Assembly (NCBI GenBank): GCA_015059375.1
Contig: SVAN01000003.1
Span: 27,211-91,210 of the forward strand
From: Bacillota bacterium
Lineage (GTDB): Bacteria > Bacillota_I > Bacilli_A > RF39 > UBA660
Direction: 5' to 3'
DNA: 64,000 nucleotides
The notes beneath the pieces are model-generated. The model searched no databases. It saw only the letters and a program-made list of their open reading frames with translations, and had not been told where the DNA came from. The translations under genes and the position numbers were made by a program. This document shows, piece after piece, positions 1 through 8,593 of this stretch (position 1 is its first letter; each line of letters starts with the position of its first letter).

Positions 1-267
1 CTTATCGCCATAATTAATAGAAAGAGTAACACCTTTTTCTCCTGTGGCTTTCATAACTTTATAAGTCATTTGTTCAGCAATTTGATACATGTGCGCTAGA
101 ACTTTTTCAGGAACATCAAAAATTGTTGTAAAATGTTCCTTTGGAATAACTAAAAGATGTCCGTCACATGTTGGATTAATATCCATTATTACCATCAAAA
201 TATCATCTTCATAAACGAAGTTACTACTTATTTCTTTATTTGCAATTTTACAAAAAATACAATCCAT
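1..267 (-). CDS. HIT (histidine triad) family protein, N-terminal part only (gene runs off the window)
   Basis: Reverse-strand translation from the ATG at 265-267 gives MDCIFCKIANKEISSNFVYEDDILMVIMDINPTCDGHLLVIPKEHF... This is the CxFCKI plus GHxLVIPK N-terminal pattern of HIT/HinT proteins. It is absent from the ORF track because it is truncated. Confidence 0.7.
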   Translation of the reverse strand, partial: MDCIFCKIANKEISSNFVYEDDILMVIMDINPTCDGHLLVIPKEHFTTIFDVPEKVLAHMYQIAEQMTYKVMKATGEKGVTLSINYGDK

Positions 268-310
268 TTTATTACCACCTCATATTTGTATTATATCAGT
301 AAAAATATTT

Positions 311-2068
311 TTACTCAAACCATATATTACTTATTTTGCAATTGTCGCTATTAGGAGTTGGGTTAGGCATCTCAAATTTTACTAAAGTAGGGATGTTAAT
401 GGCATTTCCAAAAGCGATGCAATATCCTGGTTTAACTGTTTTAATCCGTTCAATAATTTCGTGAGTAATGTTGGGAACGACTTTTAAAACATAATCTAAA
501 TCACTAGGATGCGTTAATTTAAATAGTAATAAATTATTACATTGACTTAAACATGTCTCCGATAGTTCACATGGTCTTTGAGAAATCAATCCTAGTAAAA
601 CTCCATATTTTCTTCCTTCTTTGGCAATCCTTTCAAAAATGTTATAACCAATCGTTTCATTATCATTATCATTTTGGACATAGCGGTGTGCTTCCTCTAA
701 GAAAATATTAAATGGCATGGAGCCACGACTCTCAAGTGATTTAGCATACGAAAAAAACAATTTGGAATACATTTTTACAATAATTTTCGCAAATCTTTCG
801 TCTAAAGAATCGATGCTGAAATTGACTATTTGTGCTTTTTTCCCTTGCAAAGTAGTAAGTAATTTTTCAATATATCCTTTTTTGCTTATATATACAGGAT
901 ATTCAAAAAAAGTACGATTATCGCTATTTAATAAAGAATTAAGACGTACCCGTAAAATATTAGCATCATCAAAAATCTTTTCGCTTTTCCATATTCCTTC
1001 ATCAATTAAAGCAAATTCTAAACCATCAGAAAAGTCTTCTAAAGTATAAGCAAAACTTCCGTCGGGAAGAGTGCTACATACTTCATCGGTTAAGAAACTT
1101 TGTAAAAATTCAGTTATCAATTCAATTGCATTTATTTTATTATTATCATCAATAATTAAACACTGCCTAAAAGTCCGATTATACCCTGGCTGTGAAATAG
1201 TACTTTCTAAATTCAAATCACGAGTATTAAACTTTGAAAGGGCAGAGAATATTTGATCACGAATTTGTGATGCTGGTCTTCCGCTTAATAAAATATCCAA
1301 AATAGCATTGGCAATAATACTATTTTTATATTTAAGAACTTCTTCTTCAGGTCTTTTAAAAAGATTTACATTTCGAAGTGCTTTTTCAATAATTGTTAAT
1401 TGAGAACGATGTTTAACTTCTAAAAGAAGAGCGAAATCTTCAACTTCCAAAAGCCAAGGTGGAATACTTAATGTTTCTTCTCCAAATCTTGCACTGGTAC
1501 TATAAGCTTTGAAAGCGTATTTTTGAGTATTATTTAAATAGTTAAAGGCGTTATAATACTCCCCATAAGCATCAAAAATAATGATATTCATTTTTTCTGA
1601 AAGATTTTGTTTGGCCAATAAATTTTGAAGTAATTTAGCAAAGCCACAAGATTTCCCAGAACCAGTAGAACCAAAAATAGCTAAGTGAGAGCCAAATAAA
1701 GCGTTTAAATCAGCTCTAATGTTCACGTTATCATAAAAAGGTGATAATCCTAAAATAACACTGTTTGTTTCTGAGGATGAACATACTAAAGAACTTATAT
1801 AATTCGGAGATATTAAATCTATTTTAGCATTAAAGGCTGGTTTTTTAATAAAACCATAAATTAATGAATTATTTTTATATTCACCAACTAAACTGATTAA
1901 AGCAATTCCATCTTCGATATTAATAATTTCGCCAACATAAGCACTATTATTATCCTGAAGTAGTACATATAAATTAAGCAAGCTTTGAACTGAATTAATA
2001 TCAATAGTTAACTTTACGTAGATTTTATTGTCAATTATTTTTTCAATTTTTCCTAACATCACAAGCAC
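311..2068 (-). CDS. HerA-like / DUF87 P-loop ATPase
   Basis: 585 aa. Walker A GSTGSGKS. N-terminal barrel-like segment (GKIEKIIDNKIYVKL...VGEIINIEDG) resembling the HerA HAS barrel. C-terminal GLISQRP motif typical of this ATPase family. No NurA-like partner is visible. Confidence 0.6.
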   Translation of the reverse strand: MLVMLGKIEKIIDNKIYVKLTIDINSVQSLLNLYVLLQDNNSAYVGEIINIEDGIALISLVGEYKNNSLIYGFIKKPAFNAKIDLISPNYISSLVCSSSETNSVILGLSPFYDNVNIRADLNALFGSHLAIFGSTGSGKSCGFAKLLQNLLAKQNLSEKMNIIIFDAYGEYYNAFNYLNNTQKYAFKAYSTSARFGEETLSIPPWLLEVEDFALLLEVKHRSQLTIIEKALRNVNLFKRPEEEVLKYKNSIIANAILDILLSGRPASQIRDQIFSALSKFNTRDLNLESTISQPGYNRTFRQCLIIDDNNKINAIELITEFLQSFLTDEVCSTLPDGSFAYTLEDFSDGLEFALIDEGIWKSEKIFDDANILRVRLNSLLNSDNRTFFEYPVYISKKGYIEKLLTTLQGKKAQIVNFSIDSLDERFAKIIVKMYSKLFFSYAKSLESRGSMPFNIFLEEAHRYVQNDNDNETIGYNIFERIAKEGRKYGVLLGLISQRPCELSETCLSQCNNLLLFKLTHPSDLDYVLKVVPNITHEIIERIKTVKPGYCIAFGNAINIPTLVKFEMPNPTPNSDNCKISNIWFE

Positions 2069-2205
2069 CCTTTACTATGATTTTATTTTATCATAAATGC
2101 CTAAAAACTACTATTCTTTTTATTTACTTTTTCACTTTAATAATCATTGAAAGGGTGTGTACTTTTGTCTTGATGTTGCATAAATTAGATTAGGAAGGTG
2201 AATTA

Positions 2206-2754
2206 ATGACTAATTACAGAGAAATTGTAACTAAAGCCATTATCGGTAAATGTAAAAAAACAACAAACGCTAATTTTGAAATCGAATGCGAAGAGGTACC
2301 AAATACCATTTTAGGTTGTTGGGTTATCAACCATACTTTTAGTGGTAATAGTAATGGAGGAAAAGTAACTTTAAACGGTTCATATGATATAAATGTTTGG
2401 TATTCATATAATAATGATACTAAGACAGCTGTATGTACGCGAAAATTTAATTATAGTGATGTTATGAATGTTAATTTAAAAAATGATACTAAATTAGATG
2501 ATCATAGTGAAATTATTGTTCAGTGTTTAAAACAACCGACAGTAGTTGATGTAAATATTAAGAATGGATTAGTTAATTTAAAAGTTGAAAAAGAACTAGG
2601 GGTTGAAGTAATTGGTAATACCACTGTTAAAGTAGCAGTTGAAGATGATTTTGACGACTATGAAGAAATTTTTGATTCGGAAAACGAGGAAGAGTTAAAT
2701 ATTAATATTGATTCTTTAGATGATAATTATCTTGATGGTAGTGTCAACAATTAA
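2206..2754 (+). CDS. cotE: Outer spore coat morphogenetic protein CotE
   Basis: 182 aa, collinear with B. subtilis CotE as I recall it: M..YREI.TKA, ILG.W.INH, YDINVWYSY, and an acidic C-terminal tail. RBS GGAAGG lies upstream. Confidence 0.8.
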   Translation: MTNYREIVTKAIIGKCKKTTNANFEIECEEVPNTILGCWVINHTFSGNSNGGKVTLNGSYDINVWYSYNNDTKTAVCTRKFNYSDVMNVNLKNDTKLDDHSEIIVQCLKQPTVVDVNIKNGLVNLKVEKELGVEVIGNTTVKVAVEDDFDDYEEIFDSENEEELNINIDSLDDNYLDGSVNN

Positions 2755-2757
2755 AAG

Positions 2758-2787
2758 TTGACAGTTTGCTAGCGATGATGTTATAAT
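2758..2787 (+). promoter_or_regulatory. Sigma-A type promoter for rpsP operon
   Basis: TTGACA (2758-2763), 18-nt spacer, TATAAT (2782-2787), about 28 nt upstream of the rpsP start. Confidence 0.5.
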
Positions 2788-2814
2788 ATTGATGCAAATG
2801 AAGGAGGAGAGAAT

Positions 2815-3087
2815 ATGGCAGTTAAATTAAGATTAAAAAGAATGGGTAGTAGACAAAAACCATTTTATAGAATTGTAGCTTCTGATAGTAGAAGCCCTAG
2901 AGATGGTAAATTTATAGAATTAATTGGTACTTACAACCCACTTAAAGGACAAGAAGTAGTAACTGTTGATGAAGAGAAAGCATTAAAATGGTTAAATAAT
3001 GGTGCTGAACCTACTGATACAGTTAGAAATATCCTTAGTAAACAAGGCATAATGAAAAAATATGCAGATAGCAAAAAGAAGGCTTAA
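2815..3087 (+). CDS. rpsP: 30S ribosomal protein S16
   Basis: [41 protein letters not shown] is the canonical S16 N-terminus. Strong GGAGGAG RBS. Confidence 0.95.
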   Translation: MAVKLRLKRMGSRQKPFYRIVASDSRSPRDGKFIELIGTYNPLKGQEVVTVDEEKALKWLNNGAEPTDTVRNILSKQGIMKKYADSKKKA

Positions 3088-3090
3088 TTT

Positions 3091-3336
3091 ATGGATATTA
3101 TTGGCTATACTGAATTTTTGGTAAAAAGCATTGTAAAAAATCCAGACATGGTTAAGGTTCAACTATTTGAAAGTGATGACGAAGACCCAATTGTTGAAAT
3201 TATTGTTCACAGCGATGATATGGGAACCGTAATTGGCAAAGGTGGGAAAATGGCAACTTCTTTAAGAACTTTAATTCAAGCATACGCTTTTGTTAATAAT
3301 ATGTCTAAAGTAAAAGTGAATATTGATTCATTTTAA
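3091..3336 (+). CDS. khpA: KH-domain RNA-binding protein (YlqC/KhpA family)
   Basis: 81 aa. KH GxxG loop VIGKGGKMA. Conserved position directly after rpsP. Confidence 0.8.
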   Translation: MDIIGYTEFLVKSIVKNPDMVKVQLFESDDEDPIVEIIVHSDDMGTVIGKGGKMATSLRTLIQAYAFVNNMSKVKVNIDSF

Positions 3337-3369
3337 AAAAATAATTTCACAATTCGTGAAATTATTTTT

Positions 3370-3600
3370 TTATTTTGAAAAGTAATTTTGAAATAAAGCA
3401 ATGGCTTGATTGAATTCTTCGTCAGTATCTAAACTTTCAATATATTCATTTCCGTCTTTAAAAACTTTTTTTCGAATGCAAAAATCAGTTTGATCGGCGG
3501 GATTAACCAGTAACAAATAGTTATTAATTTCTTTTGTTACAGCATACTCAATTCCATCCTCTAAAGTTATAACTTCTAATTCAACTGCATCTTCCATCAT
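3370..3600 (-). CDS. DUF1292-like small acidic protein
   Basis: 76 aa. Pattern ITLEDG.EY.V....N.YLLLV matches what I recall of the DUF1292/UPF0473 family. Translationally coupled to the upstream gene (stop and start 2 nt apart). Confidence 0.5.
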   Translation of the reverse strand: MMEDAVELEVITLEDGIEYAVTKEINNYLLLVNPADQTDFCIRKKVFKDGNEYIESLDTDEEFNQAIALFQNYFSK

Positions 3601-3602
3601 TT

Positions 3603-4868
3603 TTATCTTGCTCCTTTCACAGTCTTTTCTGCTAAATTATCTAAATATGGTGCATAAACATCTAAAGCTTCTTTGCTATAATCAATAAATGCATCAACAC
3701 TTGGATTACCATTTTTATCTACAAAACCATTTTTTATAAGATACGCTTCAAAATTATAGCATCCATTTGTTTTTTTATAGGCGACTTTATTAGTGTCAGG
3801 ATCTGCTAGATTTCCTAAATAGCTAATTACGTCATCCCAATTTTTGTAAGGCCCGTTTTCTCTGTTTTCACCCATCGCGTCGTAAACTTGATATAAAATA
3901 GCATCAAAAGCTTCATCGGGTAAAGCCAAAATGTCTTGAGCAATTTTAAAATTATCGTACCAATAAGTATCATGAGCGTAATTAGTAAAATGAGTATTTC
4001 TTCCTAATATTGAAGCTGGGGTATACTTTGAATCAGGACTTAATAGCCAAGCAGTAGCAGTTCTAACGTCTCCTAAATCTTGTTGTGTATCTACAAAATC
4101 AATTAGTTCATAAATGCCGATGGTGGATGTTATGCCAATAACAGTTGCTAAGATTATAGCTATAATATTAACATCAAATTTTTTGGATTTTTTGTCATTG
4201 TGAAGTTGGCTTTGCTTTTGAGCTGTTTTTGATTTGGCAAGAGCCTTTTGGATCATTACTCTTTTTTCGTGCTCTGAAAAAGTTGCTTTTGAAAAACTAC
4301 TTAATAAATTTTCTAGTGCTTCTGCAAATTGTATAATTGTATCTTTGTGATTCTCTAGAAATTGTCGTTGAAATTTTTTAAATCTTCTAGAAAGAGAAGG
4401 TTGGCTCTGTTTTTGTTTTGGCCGAGATTTTTGTTTGGCCTTTAGTATTTGATCATTAGTAGATGGTTTATGTGAAAGCTCATTATTTACTTGTACATTT
4501 GCAGCTTTATTAACCATCGTGGCTATTGCCATTTCATCATGCTGAGTAGAGTTACGTCTTTTATGTAGAATTTCCATTAAAGGGTCGGTAGTTTCTCTAT
4601 CAAATATTTCTTCTTTTTGATGGGGAGTTAAATCTGAAACTGGAATATCAACTTCAAAATTTTTCCTTTTAGCATAAGCAAATGGGTCGTGAGTAAATTC
4701 CTTAAATTCAGTGGAATTAATAACTTTGCCATTAACTATTCGTGGACTATTAGCACTAATAATACCAACTCTAATATGACCCAAAGGATTGGGCCAATTA
4801 GCTTTTATTTGTTCACTAATTATTTCTCCTGTTTCGATATTAAAAAATTCAACTCCATGTTTTTCCAT
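3603..4868 (-). CDS. Hypothetical bitopic membrane protein (cytoplasmic N-domain, basic linker, 1 TM, extracytoplasmic C-domain)
   Basis: 421-aa ORF with a Lys/Gln-rich linker and a single hydrophobic span (VNIIAIILATVIGITSTIGIY). No family recognised. Confidence 0.5.
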   Translation of the reverse strand: MEKHGVEFFNIETGEIISEQIKANWPNPLGHIRVGIISANSPRIVNGKVINSTEFKEFTHDPFAYAKRKNFEVDIPVSDLTPHQKEEIFDRETTDPLMEILHKRRNSTQHDEMAIATMVNKAANVQVNNELSHKPSTNDQILKAKQKSRPKQKQSQPSLSRRFKKFQRQFLENHKDTIIQFAEALENLLSSFSKATFSEHEKRVMIQKALAKSKTAQKQSQLHNDKKSKKFDVNIIAIILATVIGITSTIGIYELIDFVDTQQDLGDVRTATAWLLSPDSKYTPASILGRNTHFTNYAHDTYWYDNFKIAQDILALPDEAFDAILYQVYDAMGENRENGPYKNWDDVISYLGNLADPDTNKVAYKKTNGCYNFEAYLIKNGFVDKNGNPSVDAFIDYSKEALDVYAPYLDNLAEKTVKGAR

Positions 4869-4917
4869 CTTCTATCTTCCTTTACTATCAAAATAGTATC
4901 ATGTTCTTGTTATTATT

Positions 4918-5616
4918 TCAATTATAATATTTTTGATTTTTAATAAATTCTTTGAGCATTTTTGTTAAAGCTCGCTTTTCAATTCGTGAGACATAACTTC
5001 GAGAAATGTGCATTTCTTTAGCTATTTGTTTTTGGGTTTTTTCCTCTTCATTATTTAGTCCGTATCGTTTCATAATAATCTTTTTTTCCCTTGGTGTAAG
5101 TAAACATAAATATTCTTTTAAAGAAGATATATTATCTTTAGTGGTAATCAGTTCATCTAAATCGGGAGTTTTATCTTGAATTACATCAATTAAATTAATT
5201 TCATTTCCTTCTTTATCAAAGCCAATAGAGTCTGACAATGATACATCATTATTAGTTTTTTTATTAGCTCGAAAATACATTAAGATTTCATTTTGAATAC
5301 ACCTTGCAGCATAGGTCGTTATTTTCGTTTTTTTATTATCTTTATAAGTATCGATTCCTTTAATCAACCCAATTGTCCCAATCGAAATTAAGTCATCAGT
5401 TAAATTATCTTTTGTATCAAATTTTTTTACAATGTGAGCCACTAATCTTAAATTATGCTCGATTAATTTATTGCGAGCATCGCTATTCCCATTTAACATT
5501 TCTTTGACGTATTTTTCTTCATCTTCTTCGCTTAAAGGCTCTAAAAAAACATTGTTAGAATAGCTTCCTGTAAAGAAAATCATTTCTTTTAAAATATTTA
5601 AAAATTCAAAAAACAA
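4918..5616 (-). CDS. sigK: RNA polymerase sporulation sigma factor SigK (pro-sigma-K); start uncertain (5583, 5616 or 5685)
   Basis: Strong match to B. subtilis SigK blocks: LIEHNLRLVAHIVKKF, LISIGTIGLIKGI, TYAARCI.NEILM, DVSL.D.IG.DKEGNEI.LIDV and ISRSYVSRIEKRAL.KM. The N-terminus LKEMIFFTGSYSNNVFLEPLS aligns with the B. subtilis pro-sequence VKELVFLVSYVKNNAFPQPLS. An in-frame TTG at 5616 preceded by AGGA would give a pro-peptide of about 19 aa. The gene is uninterrupted. Confidence 0.85.
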   Translation of the reverse strand: MFFEFLNILKEMIFFTGSYSNNVFLEPLSEEDEEKYVKEMLNGNSDARNKLIEHNLRLVAHIVKKFDTKDNLTDDLISIGTIGLIKGIDTYKDNKKTKITTYAARCIQNEILMYFRANKKTNNDVSLSDSIGFDKEGNEINLIDVIQDKTPDLDELITTKDNISSLKEYLCLLTPREKKIIMKRYGLNNEEEKTQKQIAKEMHISRSYVSRIEKRALTKMLKEFIKNQKYYN

Positions 5617-5675
5617 ATTATCACATCCTGTTAAATTATATATCTTCAAAAAGAAGTTTATGATATACTTAAGGC

Positions 5676-5987
5676 ATGGAAACAAAGAGATTTAAAATGA
5701 TTGATGAGCCGTTTATATGTGCTGTATGCGGTAAAAACGTTGAACCATTGTTATATAGTGCTAGAGATCACTGCCCATATTGTTTATGTAGTTTGCATGT
5801 GGATAATAATCCAGGTGATAGAGCCAACTTTTGCCGAGGCATTCTAAAACCTATTAGCATTGATAAATTCAAAGATTCATATAAAATAGTTTATCGCTGT
5901 AGTAGTTGTGGTGAAGTCAAAAGAAATATTATGGCTCAAGATGATGACTTTGATAAAATTATTGAAGTAATGAAAAATGTAAGGTAA
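5676..5987 (+). CDS. RNHCP domain protein (zinc-ribbon)
   Basis: 103 aa with C..C...RDHCPYCLCSLHVD..PGDR...C.G...P and a C-terminal CSSCG, which is the RNHCP-family signature. The start could instead be the Met at 5697. Confidence 0.7.
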   Translation: METKRFKMIDEPFICAVCGKNVEPLLYSARDHCPYCLCSLHVDNNPGDRANFCRGILKPISIDKFKDSYKIVYRCSSCGEVKRNIMAQDDDFDKIIEVMKNVR

Positions 5988-6213
5988 TGGATTCTATTCA
6001 CATCGTTTCTGCTACAAAAAATTATTATTTTGAAGCAGATGCTTCCTAAGAAAACAATGTAAGGCATTCTTTATATTTAAGTCGTGACGTTATCATTACT
6101 CATGGTAATGGGTCACAAGAAATCACATATAAAATAAGTTTATAGAAAAATAAGGGAATTTCTTTACAAAGCTAGGAATTTATTATATTATTTATTTAGG
6201 GTAGTGGTCATAA

Positions 6214-6573
6214 GTGAACGAAAATAAGCAAATTTTAAAATATTGTCCAAATTTTTATAAAATTATTAATTTTAATCCGATTATGGGCGATGAACTTTCG
6301 GAACGAATAATTCGCATGTATCAAGATTATATATTTCGCATTAATATTCATAATGAAGATGAAGTAAATGAAATAAAAGAACTTGATGCAGCAGTAGCTA
6401 AATATATAGATGATTATTCTTTTAGAAAAGAAGTTCAAAGACAAATTTTAGCTATTAAAGTAAAAAATGATTGCAAAGATATCGTCAAATACTTTATCGA
6501 TGCAATCATTAGAATATTTTCTAATTATGAAGATTATACAACAAGAGTTATTTATGTCTCTAGATGGATATAA
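6214..6573 (+). CDS. Hypothetical protein
   Basis: 119-aa ORF with a GTG start. No recognisable motif. Codon usage is typical of the window. Confidence 0.35.
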   Translation: MNENKQILKYCPNFYKIINFNPIMGDELSERIIRMYQDYIFRINIHNEDEVNEIKELDAAVAKYIDDYSFRKEVQRQILAIKVKNDCKDIVKYFIDAIIRIFSNYEDYTTRVIYVSRWI

Positions 6574-7539
6574 CTAACTCTTTTTTAATGCTGAAATGCT
6601 AATTATTCCAAACAAAATCAAAAGAATATATGGCGTATAGTGATATAAAAAAATGATTCGTGAGTAGTGGTCAACAATTAAATAAGTTGTTAAAATAACC
6701 GTTAAGATAACACTAGGATAATAAAGTACTTTTGATTTAAGAATTTCTTGAATTCTTTTTAATATCATTGTGATAAAAACAAAAATATCAATATACCAAA
6801 TGGCAGTTAAAATATTTTCGATGTTTTCAATAAATTTAAATATCTTAATTCTTTTTAAAACCATGTATTCTGGAAAACTATAGATTTTCGCTACATTCGG
6901 AGTTAAAGCCCCAAGTATTACTATACATACAAGCGTATGAATTAAACAAGAAAAAAGGTAACCTTTAAGATGACAGGAGAAATTGATGTTTTCTCCTTTT
7001 AACAATAGATGGGGCGAGGCTGATAAAATAGCAAAAATAAAAGCAGATTTGAAAATGGAACTTGTTTTATGAATAAATAACGGCGCAATGTTATCAATTG
7101 TAAAAAAGTTTCCTAAAGATATTGCTGCTAAAGAGAAGATACCAATACTTAAAAATAATAGCAAAAAAGTAGTTCTTTTTATCGTAATCATTTTTTTTGC
7201 TGCTGCATAAAAACATAAAATTAAGGATGGAGCAATAATAATTATCTTTGGAGTAGTTGTTAGAAAAAATGATCCAATAAACGTTTCTAACACCATTACG
7301 GCTAATACTAAAAAATAAAAATAAATAATTAATTGAATAATTTTGAAGTTATCTTTTGAAAATTTCATTTTGTGAATTAAGTGAATAAAAAAAATCCCAA
7401 GTAAAGTTCCTAAAAGGCAAGAAATAATGGCATCGCTTCCAGATTGATTAAATAATAGAGAAAAGGCTAGCCCCAAAAATAATGGTCTTGTGATAAAATA
7501 CGCTAAACTAAAATTTTCTTTATTCATAATCCACCTCAT
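6574..7539 (-). CDS. Spore germination receptor, B (permease-like) subunit, GerAB/GerKB family
   Basis: 321 aa, strongly hydrophobic with multiple TM spans. Last gene of a gerA-type operon and overlaps the C-subunit gene by 20 nt. Shorter than the typical length of about 365 aa. Confidence 0.7.
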   Translation of the reverse strand: MRWIMNKENFSLAYFITRPLFLGLAFSLLFNQSGSDAIISCLLGTLLGIFFIHLIHKMKFSKDNFKIIQLIIYFYFLVLAVMVLETFIGSFFLTTTPKIIIIAPSLILCFYAAAKKMITIKRTTFLLLFLSIGIFSLAAISLGNFFTIDNIAPLFIHKTSSIFKSAFIFAILSASPHLLLKGENINFSCHLKGYLFSCLIHTLVCIVILGALTPNVAKIYSFPEYMVLKRIKIFKFIENIENILTAIWYIDIFVFITMILKRIQEILKSKVLYYPSVILTVILTTYLIVDHYSRIIFLYHYTPYILLILFGIISISALKKS

Positions 7540-8593
7540 AGATTAAGCCTTTTTTATTAATACTAACTTTAACATTTATTTCAACGTCATATTTTTGTAA
7601 AATATTAGGATTTTGCTGACGGTATTTTTTATAATATAAATTTTCAAAACCGACGGCATCTGTATTATTTTGAACGAAAAGATTAATCAGCTCCTCAAGA
7701 TCACTGGCGATTCTTTTAGAAAAGTCTTCTTCAATTTTTTTATAGACTTCATTTTTTCTTAAATCAAATTCTGGCATATTTTCCACAATTTCTGCATCTA
7801 AAGTAACATTAATATAAATTTTTCTATTTTTGAATTCGTAATCGACATTTCCGTCCGATAATTCAATTGCCAAAATTTTCCCATCATATTTATGGGAAAC
7901 TAAGAATTGACTAGGTTCATTTAAAAGCATATTAAGATATGAAGATTGGAGTGGCGTAATCGTATATTTATAATTAAAATTTTCAAAAATTCCTAATCCA
8001 AGAGCTTTAATCTCTTCATTGTCTAAAGTCAAAACACTAACAACGGGACTAATTTTCTTGTTGGTTAACTTTTCTAAAATATCTTCGAACGGTTTAGCAA
8101 AAGTGATACTATAACCATCATTATTAGAGTCAATTAACTTTGTGATTTTATTTCCTACGATGGGATGATTTTTATCAGAGTTTTTAATAATTTCTTTAGC
8201 GCTTACATCTTTTGCCAAGACCATATAAAATTCATTTCGGATTTTGGGGTTTCGAATAATATATTCAGTTATTTCTTTCATATGGTTTTTAGCTACATCT
8301 TCGGATATGACCATGGCTTTTAAATGATAAAAGTAGGGCGTTTTCGCGATTTTTAAGGAAATATTTTCAAAGGCTTTAGAAATAGTGGGGCCACTTCCTG
8401 AAATGGTATATCCCTCTTGTGAAGAAGATGATTCGCCTTTTTTAGTATCGTTTAAAAGTTCAAAAGTTAATTTATATGTATCATTTTCATAATCAATGCC
8501 AATGGCTGATACAAATGATAAGTCATTTATTTCTACGTAATCATAGCAACCGGTTGTTAAAAACATTAAAATAATAAGAAATATTTTTTTCAT
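7520..8593 (-). CDS. Spore germination receptor, C subunit lipoprotein (Ger(x)C family)
   Basis: 357 aa. Lipoprotein signal MKKIFLIILMFLTTGC followed by Y.EINDLSFV.AIGID, the conserved Ger(x)C N-terminus. Confidence 0.8.
   Translation of the reverse strand: MKKIFLIILMFLTTGCYDYVEINDLSFVSAIGIDYENDTYKLTFELLNDTKKGESSSSQEGYTISGSGPTISKAFENISLKIAKTPYFYHLKAMVISEDVAKNHMKEITEYIIRNPKIRNEFYMVLAKDVSAKEIIKNSDKNHPIVGNKITKLIDSNNDGYSITFAKPFEDILEKLTNKKISPVVSVLTLDNEEIKALGLGIFENFNYKYTITPLQSSYLNMLLNEPSQFLVSHKYDGKILAIELSDGNVDYEFKNRKIYINVTLDAEIVENMPEFDLRKNEVYKKIEEDFSKRIASDLEELINLFVQNNTDAVGFENLYYKKYRQQNPNILQKYDVEINVKVSINKKGLIYEVDYE

Noticed and set aside
157-354. 65-aa plus-strand ORF at the left edge.
   Set aside because: It is antisense to the HIT-family gene (1-267) and has low-complexity, AT-driven composition. 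I treat it as a shadow ORF.
717-1256. Plus-strand ORFs 717-1049 and 1071-1256. The same class includes, for example, 8867-9073, 9188-9388, 10896-11111, 13060-13275, 13726-13917, 16212-16394, 16975-17199, 19035-19310, 20335-20553, 20631-20819, 20956-21150, 24948-25208, 26954-27199, 28418-28606, 29839-30054, 33357-33548, 34583-34786, 36237-36419, 45528-45710, 46611-46895, 47079-47267, 47544-47804, 48764-49003, 55495-55686, 55627-55866, 56623-56931, 57229-57414, 58417-58635, 60741-60929 and 63018-63242.
   Set aside because: All lie inside, or antisense to, much longer ORFs with clear family signatures. They have no RBS and odd composition, so I treat them as frame-shadow ORFs.
4918-5685. Possibility that sigK is split by a skin-like element or is a pseudogene.
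   Set aside because: The reading frame is continuous through all conserved sigma regions 2-4. Nothing suggests an insertion.
6060-6140. A short in-frame peptide RDVIITHGNGSQ in the 5990-6213 intergenic region, resembling the carbamate kinase/amino-acid-kinase motif (V)ITHGNGPQ.
   Set aside because: Only about 9 residues match, stop codons flank it closely and there is no extended similarity. It could be a tiny gene relic, but the evidence is too thin to call a pseudogene.
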